Origin: Eledone cirrhosa | Taxonomy: Eukaryota | Assembly: GCA_964016885.1 (NCBI GenBank) | Contig: OZ024741.1 | Location: 314,340,001 to 314,404,000 of the forward strand | Direction: 5' to 3' | Length of the DNA stretch: 64,000 nucleotides | Shown: positions 41,401-56,299 of the stretch, in pieces | Position numbering within the stretch: position 1 is the first letter of the stretch | How the letters are laid out: each line of letters starts with the position of its first letter | The notes under the pieces: model-generated | Seen by the model: only the letters and a program-made list of their open reading frames with translations | The model's database searches: none | What the model was told of the DNA's origin: nothing | Made by a program: the position numbers and the translations under genes

Positions 41401-43900
41401 GCACTGGCGCATTGGGGAAATCCAGTCGGTACCTTTCAGACAGTTGCAATTGGCTGTTTAGGTGTTATCAGTTACACCCACACTATCCCAGCGTGCGTCT
41501 AAGATGATGTTCCAGTCCCCCACTAACAGCAAGGGGCGAGACGTACCCAGAAAGTCTTCCAGGCACCTAAAGAAGCCTGGTCGTCCGGCTCCGTTAGGTG
41601 CGAAGACGGCCAGCAGTCTAAAGGCACCACCTTCGCTATTGTTCACATCCAGGATCACCAACTTACCCATAGGGTCCCGAAAGATAGAACTTACCTCGAG
41701 ATCCAGGCCTTTCCTAAAAAGTACTGCTACTCCACCTCACATTCCCGGTCTGCTAACAGATTCGAATCTGATAGTCTTCTAAATGGGCGCAAGTGTTCGC
41801 GTGTCGGAAATCCTGGTCTCGCTGACGCCAATCATATCCATTTCCAGAGACCTGAGGTTGTTGAGCAGGCGACATTTCTTCCAGGGTTACCCAAGCCCAC
41901 GAATATTTAAACTTCCTACTCTTAATATGGCCATGTTGGAAAGTTAAAAGAGAGATGGAAAGTTTACTTGCCTCCCGGGCTCTTGTGAAGGTCGGGTGGT
42001 TCGACCCCCAAGGTTGGTGGGGTTTCTTTTGGGAACCCTTTAAAAGTCTCGGTGTGGGTTTCACGTTCGGGGTTCCCACGTCATGAGGAAAGCTCTCTCA
42101 AATTTCTTTGTAGGAATCGAGTGACATTCGCACCAGAAACAATCTCTCGGCTCGCAAAATATGCTCAATTCAAAGATCTCCACCTTTGTTTGAATGACTC
42201 GCTTCGTGTTAACAGGGCCATCAATTTCTCGTTGACCCTTCTAACAAGCACGAAGTTTTTAATGTTTTGTTGGTGTGGTTTTATTTGTTTTCGTTTCAGT
42301 GACTGTGGTGGTGATGGTTTTGTTGGTGTTGTTTCGGGTACGTCTGTGTTTGTTGCAGGTGTGGTATCTCCAATTTCAGGTGTTTGTGTGTTTATTTGTT
42401 CTTGTTTGTTTAGGTTGTTTGAGTTTAGGAGATTGTGAGGGTTGTGTTGATGTTGATGTTGGTGTTGATGTTATTGGGGAAGTGTAATCGTTGGTGATGT
42501 CTGTTTTTTTGTTGTGTATATATTTTTTTGTTTTGTGGGGGCTTTTTTTGTGAGTTTTCTCTTTTGCTTTTTGGCACTTTTGGGCTTTCCTTCATCGTCA
42601 CTACTGGAAGACAAAGGTTCTGTGGCTGTGAGTGTATCTGTGTCTGTGTGTGCGTTTATAGTGTTGTCCAAATGTATATTTGAGGGGTAACGGGAGTGGG
42701 AGAGCTTTCCTCGTTTTCCCCTTGGATTGGTTTCGGTGTTGGTGGTGGTACGGCTCTTTCTGTTGCTGGTGGTGTTACCCGTGTCATTGTTGGTGGTGGA
42801 ACTTTCCGTGTCAACACTGGCGTTGGCAGCAATGGAGGTTTGCGACCCCCTGCATTTTTGAGCTGAGGGAAGAAGGCTTGCAGATGCGTTGCTTCCCCGC
42901 AGACGAAGCAGTGCGCCCTCATCACTCGGTGTTTAATTGAATCGTTGTCCCGTCCTGCAGGCGGGCAAAATCCGGGATGTTGTTTAGGTCCTCTGGTTTC
43001 ATTTGGAGAAGAATCTCCAAATCCATTCCGGACCAGTCCTCTCTCTCCGTCTTTTGAATATCTGGGAGGGTAGTGTTTGTGCCCTCCTAAATTACGCATC
43101 CCAGGAGCCACCATATGTTCATTCCTGGTTGGATCCTAGGAATCCGGACCTTTGCTGTATTTTTTCGTATGTAGGACTGGTGCATAATAAAGCGTTCTGT
43201 TCTGTAGGGGGTCACGGAGTGCTTAATAGCGAGGGTCTCGGTTTTGAGCAGCACCGAGATGTTACCGAACTGCTTGGCCCTTGTTTTGTGTTCAATGTCA
43301 CTCTTGATGCACTCCAAAGTGAGTCTGCACTGAAATACATCGAAAGTATACCGTCCTCTTTTGCATGTACTATTGTTGTTGGTTTTGTCGTTCTTGCTGT
43401 TGGTGTTGTTCTTTTTCTTGTTATTTTGTTTGTTCTTGCTGCTGCTACCGTTATTAGTGTTTATATTGAGATTGTTGATGTTGTTTTTCTTGGTTGATGT
43501 TGTGGTGGTGGTGGTATCAGCTGGAGGCCATACAGTGTTGTTAACCGTACCCTTGTCTTGTTCAGTAGAGTTGACAACAGACATATCGCACATGTCTGTG
43601 GTGGTAATAGGAGTAGTAGTTGGAGCTGTAGTGGCTGTTTTTTACCTTTTGACCTGTAAGTTGTTGACCGTTTGAAGGTCTAAATTTTCCATGTTTTTGC
43701 GGGGTGATCTTTCAAAGTTCTTTTTTAAATAAATCCGAATATTCGGGCTTAAAGTTCGAATATTGAGAGGTCTCCTCTCCTTGAAACCAGGGTGTGTACA
43801 TTATGCACCGTTATCGACAAGAAAATATACAAAATAATACTTTAAAACAGCTTAAAATTACGAACCATTTCTCCGCAGACTTGTAACATCTTCACACATG
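38440..43900 (-). mobile_element. L1/Tx1 LINE (copy C, diverged family), near full length, degenerate
   Basis: Asn/Thr-rich ORF1 with CFVC...H knuckle remnant; ORF2 pieces GDWN, SDH, KAFD, YADD; 3' end GGCCCTTGTGATAGATAAA. Confidence 0.92.
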
Positions 43901-44099
43901 CACGTCCAATAATAATAACCGTTCTCTGAAACAAAAAGATTGTAATTACGTATAGTGTAATATCACCATTTAATATTTGTACGCCTTTACCAGACTTAAG
44001 TCGTTTGGATCTATTCGGGGCATGTCTGGAAAATACATCTCTACTCTTTCTTCCTCTAGGTTTCGTCTACTACGACAGAACTGAAAATGCCAGGATTAT

Positions 44100-46745
44100 T
44101 TCTCTTCCCATTCTCTATCAATAAATAAATAAATAAATATATGGTGAAGAGAGATATGTAAGGGAATGTAGAATGTGTAGAATGTATAGTGTGTAGAAGA
44201 ACGTAGGCAAGAGCGTAAAAATAAAAATAATAACACGAGACGTAAGGGAATGTAGAATGAGATGTAAAGTATGTAGAGGAACGTAGGAAAGAGCGTTAAA
44301 AATAAAAATAATAACACGAGATAGAGTTACCTTGGGCTGGATTTAATTTCCCTATATTTCGGATTCGCATCCATCAACTGGGGGGTTTTCCGGGGGGGGG
44401 GGAGGTTATATGTCGGAGAGGAATGGAACGTGGCCTCTGCTTTTCGCTGTTCGTGACTAATTGAGGTATTCTGCAGAGCGCGCGTGCGCGCGGAATTGGT
44501 GCGGTCAAGCAGAGGTCGAAGTAGTTCTTTTAATTGTGGGAGTGGATGGCGTTAGCTGTCAGTCCATTGTACTATTTATCTGTGTTGTTTTTTTGGTACT
44601 GGCAGTGTAGTATAGTCGTCTGCTAGGTCTCTTTTATTAGTTTAGGTTGGTGGAAGGTGGTGGTGCTACACACACAAAAACAACTATTCGAATGTCACTG
44701 TGTGTGTGTGTGTGTGGTGCCTCGTTAGATTACACCAACCACCTCATCTCGCTTCTCTCGGATCGGTTATTTATTTGTGGCCCTAGGCGTTTGATCCAAA
44801 GTGCTTCCTTGACTCGTAGCGTGCCGACGTTGCGTTCTGTCGCTAGTACTGTGACTATGGGCCTTCCGTCTTTGTTTCCGCATTTGGTGATGTGTTTCCG
44901 GAAAGACGAGGCCCTGGTCTTGATGTGCTCCTTGATCCGGATATGTAGCGGCCGGATTGTGATACCGATATAGTAGTCGTTTCACTTGTCACATTCCACC
45001 CTGTATACCACGTATGTGCGTAAGCAACAGTTCGTATGGCGCATAGGACAGTTTACGAGGGAACACGCGTCAATCGATTTCCCGGGTTTCCTAGAGAGGC
45101 ATCTCCACAGGGAGGGGCCCGAGTGGGCCAGGTGGATGTTGAGGCCCTCTCTCCGTCTAGCCCTGCGGATAGCGTTGGTGATATTCTCGCCCAGGTGTGG
45201 TATTTTAAGGAAGCACTTGCCTTGAGTGTTTCTCAGCCTCTTGCGTCTGGTGTCTCTTACTCTGTTTGTGAGCGAGGCAAGGTTCCCGTTCGTCTCCAGC
45301 ACTTTGAGGAATCGCTTGGTGTGGGTGACACCACTCACGGGATCGCTGCATCTGTTTTTAATTCGCGTGATCTCGTTCGTCATGTACCCTCTTTTAGCGC
45401 TGTTAGGGAGGGCAGACTTGTAGGACTTGAACAAGTCCCTGCAGGCTGCCTTGCGGTAGAAGTTGGTGTGGATACCTCCCTGCTCCGTGATGTTGATTCG
45501 GAATTCGAGGAGGGCAAGTGACCCGTCTACGCTGGAGTGTTAAACACTGAAATCAATGTTCTCGTCCGTGTTGTTGAACGTCTGAAACATTCCGTTCCCC
45601 ATCTCCTGGGAAGACGTGAGGGTGAGGATGTCATCCACGTACCTTGAGAAAAAGGCGACGGCGTTGGGGTAGGCAGGTGTTGAGTGCCTTGCGCTCGAGG
45701 CTGTCCATGTATGAGATCGCTAGCACACCCGACAGGTTTGAGGCTATGGGCAGCCCCGAGGTCTGCCGGTATGTTTGGTCGAGAACACCGAAGTATGTGT
45801 TGTCAACGACGACGGATAGGAGTTGGTGGATGTCAGTGGGGGTGAGCCCAAAGCAGTGTAAGTCGGTAGATTGGACGTGTTCCACCAGTATATCAACGGC
45901 CGAGAGCGCCGGGACCGAGGTGTAAAGAACGACCACATCAAGTGGTGTCGGGATCCATTAGATGCAGGCGCTCCAACACCTCATCGGAGCTGTGTACGTG
46001 TCCCGGCAAGGTGTCTAGTATGGGTTTGAGTATTCTGGCTAGGAGCCATGATATTTTGTAGTGCGGTCCTTCCGCGCTCGATAGATGGTCTGATCTTCAG
46101 GTCGGGTCCCTGTTTGTGTGTTTTCACAAGGTGGTAGAAAGCGGGTAGTCAGCTTTTCCTCGTGAGGAGGTTGTATCTGGGCTTCCTCGGGAGGTTCCGC
46201 CGGCCACAGATGCTGGTCCAGGCGGCGTTGATGTGCTCCTCGATCTGCGCGGGAGTGATTCCTGTGACTTTGGAGTAGAGGTTGTCATCGTCAAGGTGCT
46301 TGAGGGCCAGGGTGTTGTAGGCCTCTCGCTGATGACGCAGAATTATTTTCCCTTGTCGCAGGGGAGGTAGATGAGGGTCTTGGATTTCAGGTTGGAGAGT
46401 GGTGAGTTGAGATTTAGTGAGGTTGTGTGTTGTGCGTGTGTGCGTGTGTTTGTGTAGGATATCAGAGATGGAGTGTTTTAGCCTGATGAGTTTAGTCTCG
46501 AGTTCGTGGTCGGTGGGTGGGGAGTGGAGTGGGTTATCGAGATGGTAGGTGGTAAACTTGGGGCGGGTTGTGTGGGCGCTGTTATTTTCCGTGGTGCAGT
46601 TGATGGCGGTCACCCATTTAAGTTGGTAGGTGGCTCGACAGAAGTTGGCTTCGATGTCGAGTTTGAGTCTGTCGTCGAGTCGTTGTGAGACGATGAACTT
46701 TTCTACACTATACATCACATTCTACATTCCCTTACATCTTACTTT
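44100..46745 (-). mobile_element. Penelope/Poseidon-like element, 5'-truncated and degenerate
   Basis: LYTSVP, YRQTSGLPIAS.LS..LA..YM, YVDD at ~45630, Cys linker and VVY GIY-YIG start at 44982-45060. 46705-46740 is a short inverted copy of 44150-44195. Confidence 0.88.
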
Positions 46746-47049
46746 TCACCACCGGAACCTGTTACCCGGAGAATTACCCATCTGCATTGAAAGATGAGTA
46801 AGCGATAGTGAGGGATAAGGTTTGCTAATAGGGATGGAGTGAACAATGGGAAGAGAAAGCAGCTACTATTGGCCAACGGTGAGAATATCTAAGGTGTTTA
46901 GTGTGTGAGTGGTCCTCGCGGGTGTATGTGTAGTGGATGATGCATTCGGGATGATAGATGGTGAGAGTAATAGTAGGAGGGAGGGGGTAGTTCATGGATG
47001 GGTCAGGTCATATCTTATGATTCTGGCCGAGTCTTCATTAACACAGCAT

Positions 47050-48165
47050 AGCGCCAGCCCATTCGATCCTTTGTCATCACAAGTTTTTTGGGTCTGCCTT
47101 TTCCTCGTGTTCCAACCACTGCGATTGCTCTGCATTTCTTTGTTCAGCTGCTATCTTCCATATGCATCACATATCCATACCAGAGTAATCTTCTCTCCTT
47201 TTCACATTACATCCGAATCCTCTTTATAATGTTTTTTTCTCAGTTCACTTCTTCTACCTCGTCCATGCACATTAGCATTACACATTCGTCGTCGCATACT
47301 GTCGTTATTTCTCTCCAGCCTTCGGAGCTCTGCTGTAGTTAAGGCCCATGTTTCCAAGTCATTTAGCATTGCCCTTTGCCCACAGGCATCATACTGTCTA
47401 ATCTTCACTAAAAGCGAGAAAATGTTTGTTGTTAGCTGATGTGTCAGCTCTCTAAACTTCTTTCACCCTGTTCTGATTTTGGTTGTCTCACTTTCAGTGT
47501 ATGCTCCACACTTTCAGTGTATGCTCCACACTTGTGATTTCGATCGCCTAAGTAACAAAAGCTGTTGATAATTTCTTAGGAGCTTCCCAGGAAACTAAAA
47601 TAATCTCCTTCACGTAAGTACTTAGGGCTCTCTGAGCATCAATCTCAGCGCTTATGAGTCCACCGATTGCACTCTGTGCACCTTATAGAAGTCCTGCCCA
47701 CACTTTTCTGGCATATCGAACACAGCCATCTCCCTGATTGCATCACTTTCTTTTCCTAATTCGTACTTAGCCCTTTTGCCTTTGATGCGATTAGTTTTAG
47801 GCTTTTCAACTCTAAGTTCTTGCATGTTTGAAGTTTTGTCCCTTTCTTTCCTACGGATTCATTTTAAGTACTAGGTCATCAGCATATAGTAACGCCCACG
47901 GAGTACCAATTTTGAAATACTCAGTGAAGAACAGAACAGTGATAAATAGGAGTGGACATCGAACTGCACTTCATCACTCTACTGGCTTCCAGCTTTTTTA
48001 TACATGGCCCACACTGCTCTCACAAGACATTCATCTACATCTAGCTTCCTAAGTGTCCACCATATTACAGAGAATGGGACCACGTCAAAGGCATTTTCCC
48101 TATCTACAAATTCCAGATAAAATGTCTTACACTTTGCTAACTACCTCTCAAGCAGTTGTCGCATT
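47050..48165 (-). mobile_element. RTE-like LINE fragment
   Basis: FVD.ENAFDVVP at ~48080-48112, LYADD at ~47876-47890, ETWAL....RRLER. Confidence 0.75.
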
Positions 48166-48189
48166 ATAAAGGGGGAATCAAAGGAACTG

Positions 48190-49140
48190 TTCTTCTTCTT
48201 CTTCTTCTTCTTCTTCTTCTTCTTCTTCTTCTTCTTCTTGCTAAAATGGTAGTGGGTGGGGGAAGAGTCTTCAATCATTCCTTCCAGTGGGTTTGTCAGA
48301 AGCCACCGTCTCCATATGATCCGGCTGGATCCCCAATCTTGACCAGATGAGTTCATGGATGTTATCCAACCATCTTGCGTGATCTCTGTCTCTGGGTTTC
48401 CTACCGGTTGCGTTTACCCGTAAAATCTTTCTAGCAATATTTTCCCGAGACATTCTAAACGCATGTACATAGTATCGTATCTGTAATCTCTCAATTCGGA
48501 GATGTAGCGACTTTACCGGGGGGGGGGGGGATCTGATCTCCAAGCTACGCACAATACTAAGTAACGTTACTCAAAAAACCTTTTGGGGGAACCCCATTAT
48601 GACACTTGCAACACGATCATATTCGTTTGGTCATTACCCAAGATTCATGACCATAATGAGTGTTGACACGAATACCGTATCGAAGATAACTAGTTTGGAT
48701 TTTTTACCTATATCCCTTCTTCTGAATAACAACAGCTGAAGCGGGCGCATTACAGCACCAGCTGCAATACTTGCACATAATTCAGCCTCATGCGTTCCAT
48801 CACTTGTGAACATGGCTCAAGATATTTGAATTTCTCCACCTGTTTCAGTGGAACTCCATTCATATATAGATTGCACAGCATTAGATTCCTTGAGAGAACG
48901 AGTGTCTCAGTTTTCGCAGCATTGATTTTCATTTCAGCCATGCAGCACTCGACATCAATCAACAAAGTGTAATTCGGTGATTACCTTCTGCCGAGTTAAG
49001 GAATACCGAATCGAATGAAAATTCTAGCCGACTGATTTAACACTTGCCAGTCATGATACAACTTCCTGGCCCGACTACGCATGTCAATCATTTTCATGTA
49101 AATAATGAACACGATAGCTGAAAGACGCATGGAAGAGTGC
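48190..49140 (-). mobile_element. RTE-like LINE 3' fragment with (GAA)n tail
   Basis: MKINAAKTE...LKQVEKFKYL; GRKPR...RWLDNI; (TTC)n at 48190-48238. Confidence 0.78.
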
Positions 49141-49186
49141 CTTGTTCTTCATTCGAGTAATGTCTTGCAAATCACCAAGTGTACGT

Positions 49187-49359
49187 TTAGTAAGGGTCGG
49201 ACGCCATGCTTTGTAGCATAGAATTACGTCCCTTTATGGTCTGAGTTCAAATCCCGCTAAGATTAACTTTGACATTGATCCTTACGCGGTCGAAAAAAGA
49301 AAGTACCAGTAATGTACTGGGATCATTGCTGGCCTTATGCCAAAAGTCGAAACAATTAT
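49187..49359 (+). mobile_element. tRNA-derived SINE
   Basis: Homologous to 20009-20192. Confidence 0.85.
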
Positions 49360-51730
49360 TTGAATAATCTCTGTTTGTTAGTATAGCGACATGGGTGTTG
49401 TGAAATTTACCTGTTCGATGTTTGTATGTAGTTGTATGTTCTTTATTAAGTCCACGTTCTTTGAACTTATGGTCATGAGATTTGTAACATTATTTTTTGT
49501 TAGGTTTGGTTTTGTTGTTTATTGTTGTTGTATTTTGTAAATTGGGCTGTGTTTACGGTATTGGTGAATTTTTGGTGTCTGTGGCCATGGTGAGGCTGGA
49601 TTTCTTTTTGTGAATTTTTTTTTCCTATGGTATTTTATTTAAGAAGGTGACTATTCTCCTTTAAGTGCGTCCATGCAACTCAAATGAGGCAATTGGTTTT
49701 TCTGATCTCCATTGCTATGATACATTGATGCTACCAAAGATATGCATTTTGTCGTCAACTCTTTTGTGGCGTCTCTCAATGTGGATTATCCTGCTCATCC
49801 CAGTCCTGTCCTCCTTTTCAGTTTGATACACTATGATGATTCCCATGTCCTCCAATGTGTCTACAGTGACGACTGCTATTAGTTATGGCATGGCTATTTT
49901 AGGCTGTACTTGTTTGAACCAAATTTAGTCTAATTTCAGACAACTTAAGTAAGGGACGAGCAGTAACTCATGACCTTCTAGGTGTTTCAGTAAGGGAAAC
50001 TTCGACTTTCCATCAATTGCAACTTTCACATCAACTTTATCTAAACACATTCCTACTTGGATGTACGTATTTAGCTCTCACACGCAGCCTAAGGCTTCCT
50101 GGCATTGAATCTTGCTTGTTTTTAATCCAATTGTATGGGAAGACGTTGTGCAATGCATTGTGTTTTGAAATATGTTTGTCGGGGTTCAAATGTTAATTAT
50201 GTTGCCGGATTGTCCGACATACAGTTGAAAAACATCCACCACACTATACAGCCGAGAGACGATATACAGCCACCACACTATACAGCCACCACACTATACA
50301 GCCACGAATAATAAACAATTAAAACAATAAATCAAAACGAAAGTAAAAAAAGGTAAAAGAAAATTAAATGTATGTAAGTAGCATAGATGAGATTTGTTGA
50401 ATGTTGATATTTTACACGTTTTAAAGTATTAAGTGTTCATTAAAAATATGTGCGTAAGTAGTAAATTATGATAGGTAATAGAAGACCAAGCAATCGGAAA
50501 GATATAACATGTTTCCTTCGGGTGTAGTGAAGGAAAAGCAATCGAAAGAAATAAGGTAGAGGGAGAACTAGACAGGAAGCACTATAGGGTATTTAGGAAA
50601 GCATCATGGCCGTTTGCTAGTGAGACTGAGCCTTAACTAACTCTTCAATGTGAAGCAAGTATACAGTTTTGTTGGATCTAGTGTGCGTTCTCCTAGAAAT
50701 GACAAAAAAAACGTCCGATTGACCCAGTTGCGGTGGCACAACGTGGCAACAAATCCACAATTCGACTTTTTTACATGACTACACCAACTAGTAAAAGAAT
50801 GACAGAATTCCATTTCTGTACGTCGAGGTGATGCAGTGATGCTGAGAATGCAACCAAACAAGGAGGATCTTATTGATAAGTTCTAGAAGTTTAGCTATTG
50901 TTCTGGTTGCAATGTTGGCACTTGAGGCTCTGCTAGTGTGGGAGAACTGATATGTGCCATTCCCAACATTTCCTTCCAGGACAAATTCCACCGCATACAT
51001 CAGAGAGCGAGGGTAACTGACAAACTGTCGTGGATAGGGCGCTAATAATCTTGGATCAATTGAAACCATTGGATGGGGTCAACCATCGGTACCTGTCTGC
51101 ATTCTTTAAGCCATATGGTAATGGACACTTTTCAGGGAACAGCTCGCTGCAAAGTACAGCACCGTTCCATATCATGAGCTTGGTCCATAAGGAATACTAT
51201 CTATCACGTATTTTGTGCGTACTGAGTCTTCAGCCATACTACAAAAGTTGGAGACACCGATGAGCATCCCACGAAACCTGGGTGTTAAGCATCGCTCTAC
51301 GCGCGTGCAAGGCGATAACTGTAGCAAAGGTTAACCAGCAAAAAATCGGTGACATCTGTCTCGGCACATGGAGAGGTACCTCCATATCCTGTGTTACCTT
51401 GACGCTGAGCAGGTTTGATAGTCTTTCCCCAGCTCATCTCCTTGACGATACTGAAATCCTGGGTGAAACAAAACCGAGAGGGAGTGCTTGACTACCAATC
51501 GGGCACTGCGCTGTCTTGAATCTCCAATTTGGCGTTATATAGAGGATTAATGTCGGAAAAGAGCGACGACGTTCTCGAGAGTTTATATATGTTAATGAGG
51601 ATCAACTAGCTTCTCTCTTCCCGCGAACTATCGGTCCATGACCGATGGATATATTGCAGAAATCCTTGGGCTGGCACTGCAACCGTGGAATGGGGTAATA
51701 AACAATGAATGTCCATGATATGCTCTACCG

Positions 51731-54267
51731 CAAGGCTTCGCAAACTTTTTACGTCATCGCCCACTTTCACATCGAAACACTTTCACCGCCCATCTGTATC
51801 GTAAATATTCAAAAGTATACCAAAAATGTTTAATAAAAGTTTGGTAGTTGCTCATAAACTGACATTTTATAATGTCATAAAAAAATCAGTGGGGTAACAA
51901 ATAACGCTGACTTATGCAGCTGCTAGTGATGCTATTACCATATTATAGAACAAATGAAAGCAAATTTGACCTATAAAGCTGTATTGTATTAACTTTTGTT
52001 AGGTTTTGAAAATATGTCACTATATTTTGATAATACCACAAGACTATATTTTGATAATACCTTAAAACCGATACCGCATTGTGGCATCATTGTCATTTTG
52101 TAAATCAATTCGTCATGTACATAGTCTTTGCAATCGATTACTCTAACTTCAAACGGGTTTTATCCAAAACTGGAACCGTCAATGCGATAATATCCTGAAA
52201 TGGATGTACCATATCATCATGCAATGGTAGCAAATAATTATATGTAATGGCATCCTGATCAACTAATTCATCTTTCAAGCTGTTCAATCGTTGAAATTGA
52301 TGGACTTGATCCCCCCGAAACATTTATCTTATATAGGCTTATTTTAGAAATGAAATCATTGAAGGGGATTTACAGTTGAAAATCTTGTTTTACTTAGGAT
52401 GCAATAAGGTATTGAGATCATTTACTTTTGCAAATAAGTCACTAAGGAAAAAATATCACATTTTGAAATAATCAGAGAACTGTATAGTGGAGTGTATTAA
52501 ACAATATTATGTCAAAAAGATCGACAAAACTGACAACACAGTTACCTTTTGACAACCATCGTACCTCAGAAGGTACTAAAGCCGCACATAGTCATCATCA
52601 TTATCAAGGCTGAGTGGACGGAAATTTCGTTCAGACAAGAATTCGATTTTAGCTTGTTCACAGTTTCATCAACTAACTGCAGGACATCAGCAAAGCCTCC
52701 CGTTGTTATTTTTGCCTCTAATTGCTGCCTGTGAACCATACAATTGAATATTGAAACAGGATGACATTATCCAAGTTTTAAGAGAGAAGAGAAACTTCTA
52801 TATTTACCTAATGAAACATGCGTTCCCCTCCATCAATTACACAGTCAGCAATATTGTTCAATGAATGTTATGCTCATTGCAAAATAGCTTTAATAAATCT
52901 AAAATAGACGTGCCTTTGGGTCAATCAACAATTGATCACTAAATAGCATCTACCCAAATATTTGAATATTTTCATTTAAAAATATGAACATACATTATAA
53001 TCAAGCATTGATTTCTTACAACTGTTGATTCGATAACTTGTATGAACAATTCAGAACTCCGGAGATAATGGATTAGTTGAATTTTGACGTTGGTTGTTAT
53101 TCACCTATACGATGAGAAATTGTTATTACTAAATGGAAATATCTTAATAATTATGCCTGTGATATTTTATGCATTATAGTCGAGAGAACTTCTTCAATAA
53201 TAGGTAGAGGTAATGTTTTGCATAAAGTATGGGACGTACCGATCTTTGCAGCCAGTAAAGCTGTGTAGTACGACGTAATCATCACTTTATTTGCTGCGTC
53301 GATAGTTTCTGAAATTACGACATTTTACGCTTTTCGAATGAGGCCTTAAGTTGGCAGATATATGACAAAATTTGTTGCATCTGGTTGGAATACTTAGAAT
53401 ATATATGATACTTTATGCGTTAAAGTTTTATCGCTTAAAGTTTGGTTGACTGCTTTGTGGTGAATAATAATGTTGTATTGGCGACAAATTTTGTTAAATG
53501 GCGACATAGAGGTGTTTGAAAATCGTACAATACACTGAAACAATTAGAGAAACAATAGATAAGGAAATGTTCGTTCAATATGTTATATTGTTACTGGAAG
53601 TCCGTTGTCACTAATCCACAAATACAAGAAGACAAGAGCGTTTCAATCATTTGCCAATCAATACAATCCAACAGCATCAAATGATTGTCTGTTTATATGA
53701 GCATGCGGATTCAGTTATGGATAGCTACCATCTTGGGATTGTCATATTTTGCCTGGTATTGTCGCCCGAATTTCCTTGTCTACAGCCTGTCGTCATAATT
53801 CTTACTGGTGATCGCGTGTGTCAATTTTATGTGTAATCCCGGTGCTGGCGTTGGCAATTTTCTTCTGAAGTAATTTGATAATTTTAATGGAAAAGTTATT
53901 CTTGGTCTTCCCTTACCTGATTTATATGCGAAAAAATACATATTTCATCCAAAGAACTATTTGAATATTAATGAACATTCTTAAATCTATAGAAAATACC
54001 AAAATGTCCCTTGTTTCCGGGATTGTTCACATCTAATCTAGGAATTTGTTTCTCATATAGCGTCCGGTTTTGTTAAACGGGTTCTTTGCATATCTCCTTT
54101 GAATATCTTTCTCGGGTAACATATGTTAAAACACCATCATACTCAAAATCCCATATCATCCACAACACTTTCCAATTACCTACCATTTTCGGTTCGGTTG
54201 GTCACTGCACGTTCAACAGTTGGAATCACCCACCGTTGGGCGATATCGCATATGTTGGGAAACGTTG
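51731..54267 (-). mobile_element. Decayed hAT (Buster/Charlie-like) DNA transposon
   Basis: Minus-strand NCMVHRQQLEAK (CxxH motif) at ~52710-52745. Imperfect TIRs CAAGGCTTCGCAAA / GTTGGGAAACGTTG. The flanking 8-mers CTCTACCG and CTTTACAT share a central TA. Confidence 0.65.
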
Positions 54268-54328
54268 CTTTACATGTCAGAAAGTGCCGTTATCCGAACC
54301 TGTCTGAGATGTGGAAACACGCACACAC

Positions 54329-54374
<46 letters not shown>

Positions 54375-54489
54375 TGTTTCTACTTTAGGCACAATGCCAG
54401 CAATAATAATAATAATTATAATAAATCTCACCTGTTATCTCAAACTTCCTGAAGCACAATATGTCATTATGGAACACAAATATCTAATT

Positions 54490-56232
54490 GTCTCATTCCA
54501 CTGGGGCACTGTGCTTTGGGAATATAAACATCAACTGTGGTATATTCCAGGGTGACTCACGTTCACCTTTGCTTTTCTGCATAGCTTTAATACCCCTTAC
54601 ATCCGAGTTTAATAGAACAGGGTATGGTTATAGAATTGACAACAACAAAATAAGCCACCTATTTTATATGGATGATTTGAAGCTATATTGCAAAGATAAT
54701 GACGAACTGGAATGCGTTTTGCGGACAGTAAAAACGTTTAACGATGAGATCAGGAAGGGGTTTGGACTTGACAAGTGTGCAAAAGCCACTTTCAAGAAGG
54801 GGAAGCTTGTCAACTCAGACCCAGTTGAATTGGATGCTGAAACGATCATAAAGGAACTTGAGCAGGAAGAAACCTATAAATACTTAGGGCTCTGGCAAAC
54901 AGCATGCAAGTATGAAAGAGAAGGTAAGGAAATAATGTTACAGGAAAGTACGTGCGGTTCTAAGATCAGAAGTAAACGCTCGTAACAAGGTGCTAGCCAT
55001 AAATTCCTTGGCAGTCCCAGTTGTCACTTATAGCTTCGGTGGAATATGAGTGAACTGGAATATGAGTGAAATGAAAAGAATCGACACCAAAGTCCGTAAG
55101 CTACTGACCTGTAATAGGATGCCCACCAAAAAGCAGATGTGGATCGTCTTTACCTTCCTAGAACGCAGGGAGGCCGAGGCCTGATCCAATTTGAACTTGC
55201 TTACAAGACCACCATCATTGGACTGGCCAAATACCTTGAAACAACTAACGACTGTATGCTGAAACTTGTTGAAAGCATGAGAGAAGTAAGAAGCTTCATT
55301 CTATCTTGAAGGAGTGCCAAAAATATGCTACAGATCTCATGCTTGATACCCAGGCTGGACAGACTAAAAGAACTGCTGCAACTGATGCTGCTAGCCACAT
55401 ACAATCGCTGGCAAAAGCAAAAGGGCAAGGAAAATTAGCAGCAAATTAGGAGCAGAAACCTCTGCATGGCAAATATGTGGCCCGTAGCAAACAAGCTGAT
55501 GTTGACCAAAAGCTCACCAATCAGTGGCTACGTAGTTCAGGGATAAAGGCGGATAGTGAAGGCTTCATCTTAGCTGCCCAAGACCAAAGCTTATTGACTC
55601 GTAATTACCAGATCAATATGATGAGAAACGGAAAAAACCCAAAGTGCCGATTCTGCAGTGCTGAAGGAGAAACAGTAACAATTCTCTTGGACTTTCCTGT
55701 ACATACTGACAGGACCATAAAAGCAAATAGACCTGACATCATTATAAAAGATCAACATAACAAGGTATGTTTGTTGATAGATATGAGTTTCCCATGTGAT
55801 CAGAATATCGCTGCAAAAGAATTTGACAAGCTACGTAAATATAAAAATCTGCTTATTGAAATTGAGAAAATGTGGCACCTCAAGGCCGTTACAATACCAG
55901 TGATTGTGGGAGGACTGGGAATGATCAAGAAAGGAACAGAACAATACTGGCGAATGATTCCTGGTTTACCCCCTCTGCACGACGTGTAAAACATTGTTTT
56001 GACTGGTACTGCACACGTATTGAGAAGAACAATATCTCTGTAAGATTGATAACCTTCCTTGTATTTACATATACAAATGCACATGTGTATATATGTATAC
56101 TGTTTTTTTTAAATTATAATCAATGTGCTGTATTAACTGGCTTACCAATGCACACTGTGAATTTATTTGCCCAAGGTGTCAGGAAGACACTAGGCATATA
56201 TCTCAGAAACAATAGTGAAAGACAATAATAAT

Positions 56233-56265
<33 letters not shown>
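54490..56265 (+). mobile_element. R4/Dong-type RLE LINE, 5'-truncated and degenerate, ending in (TAA)n
   Basis: GIFQGD..SP, HLFYMDD, AAQDQ, CRFC, NRPDI...ID...K..KY. Internal deletion after the Cys motif. Confidence 0.9.
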
Positions 56266-56268
<3 letters not shown>

Positions 56269-56299
56269 AACCCCATAGATTCCCCGAACGGACATCAGT

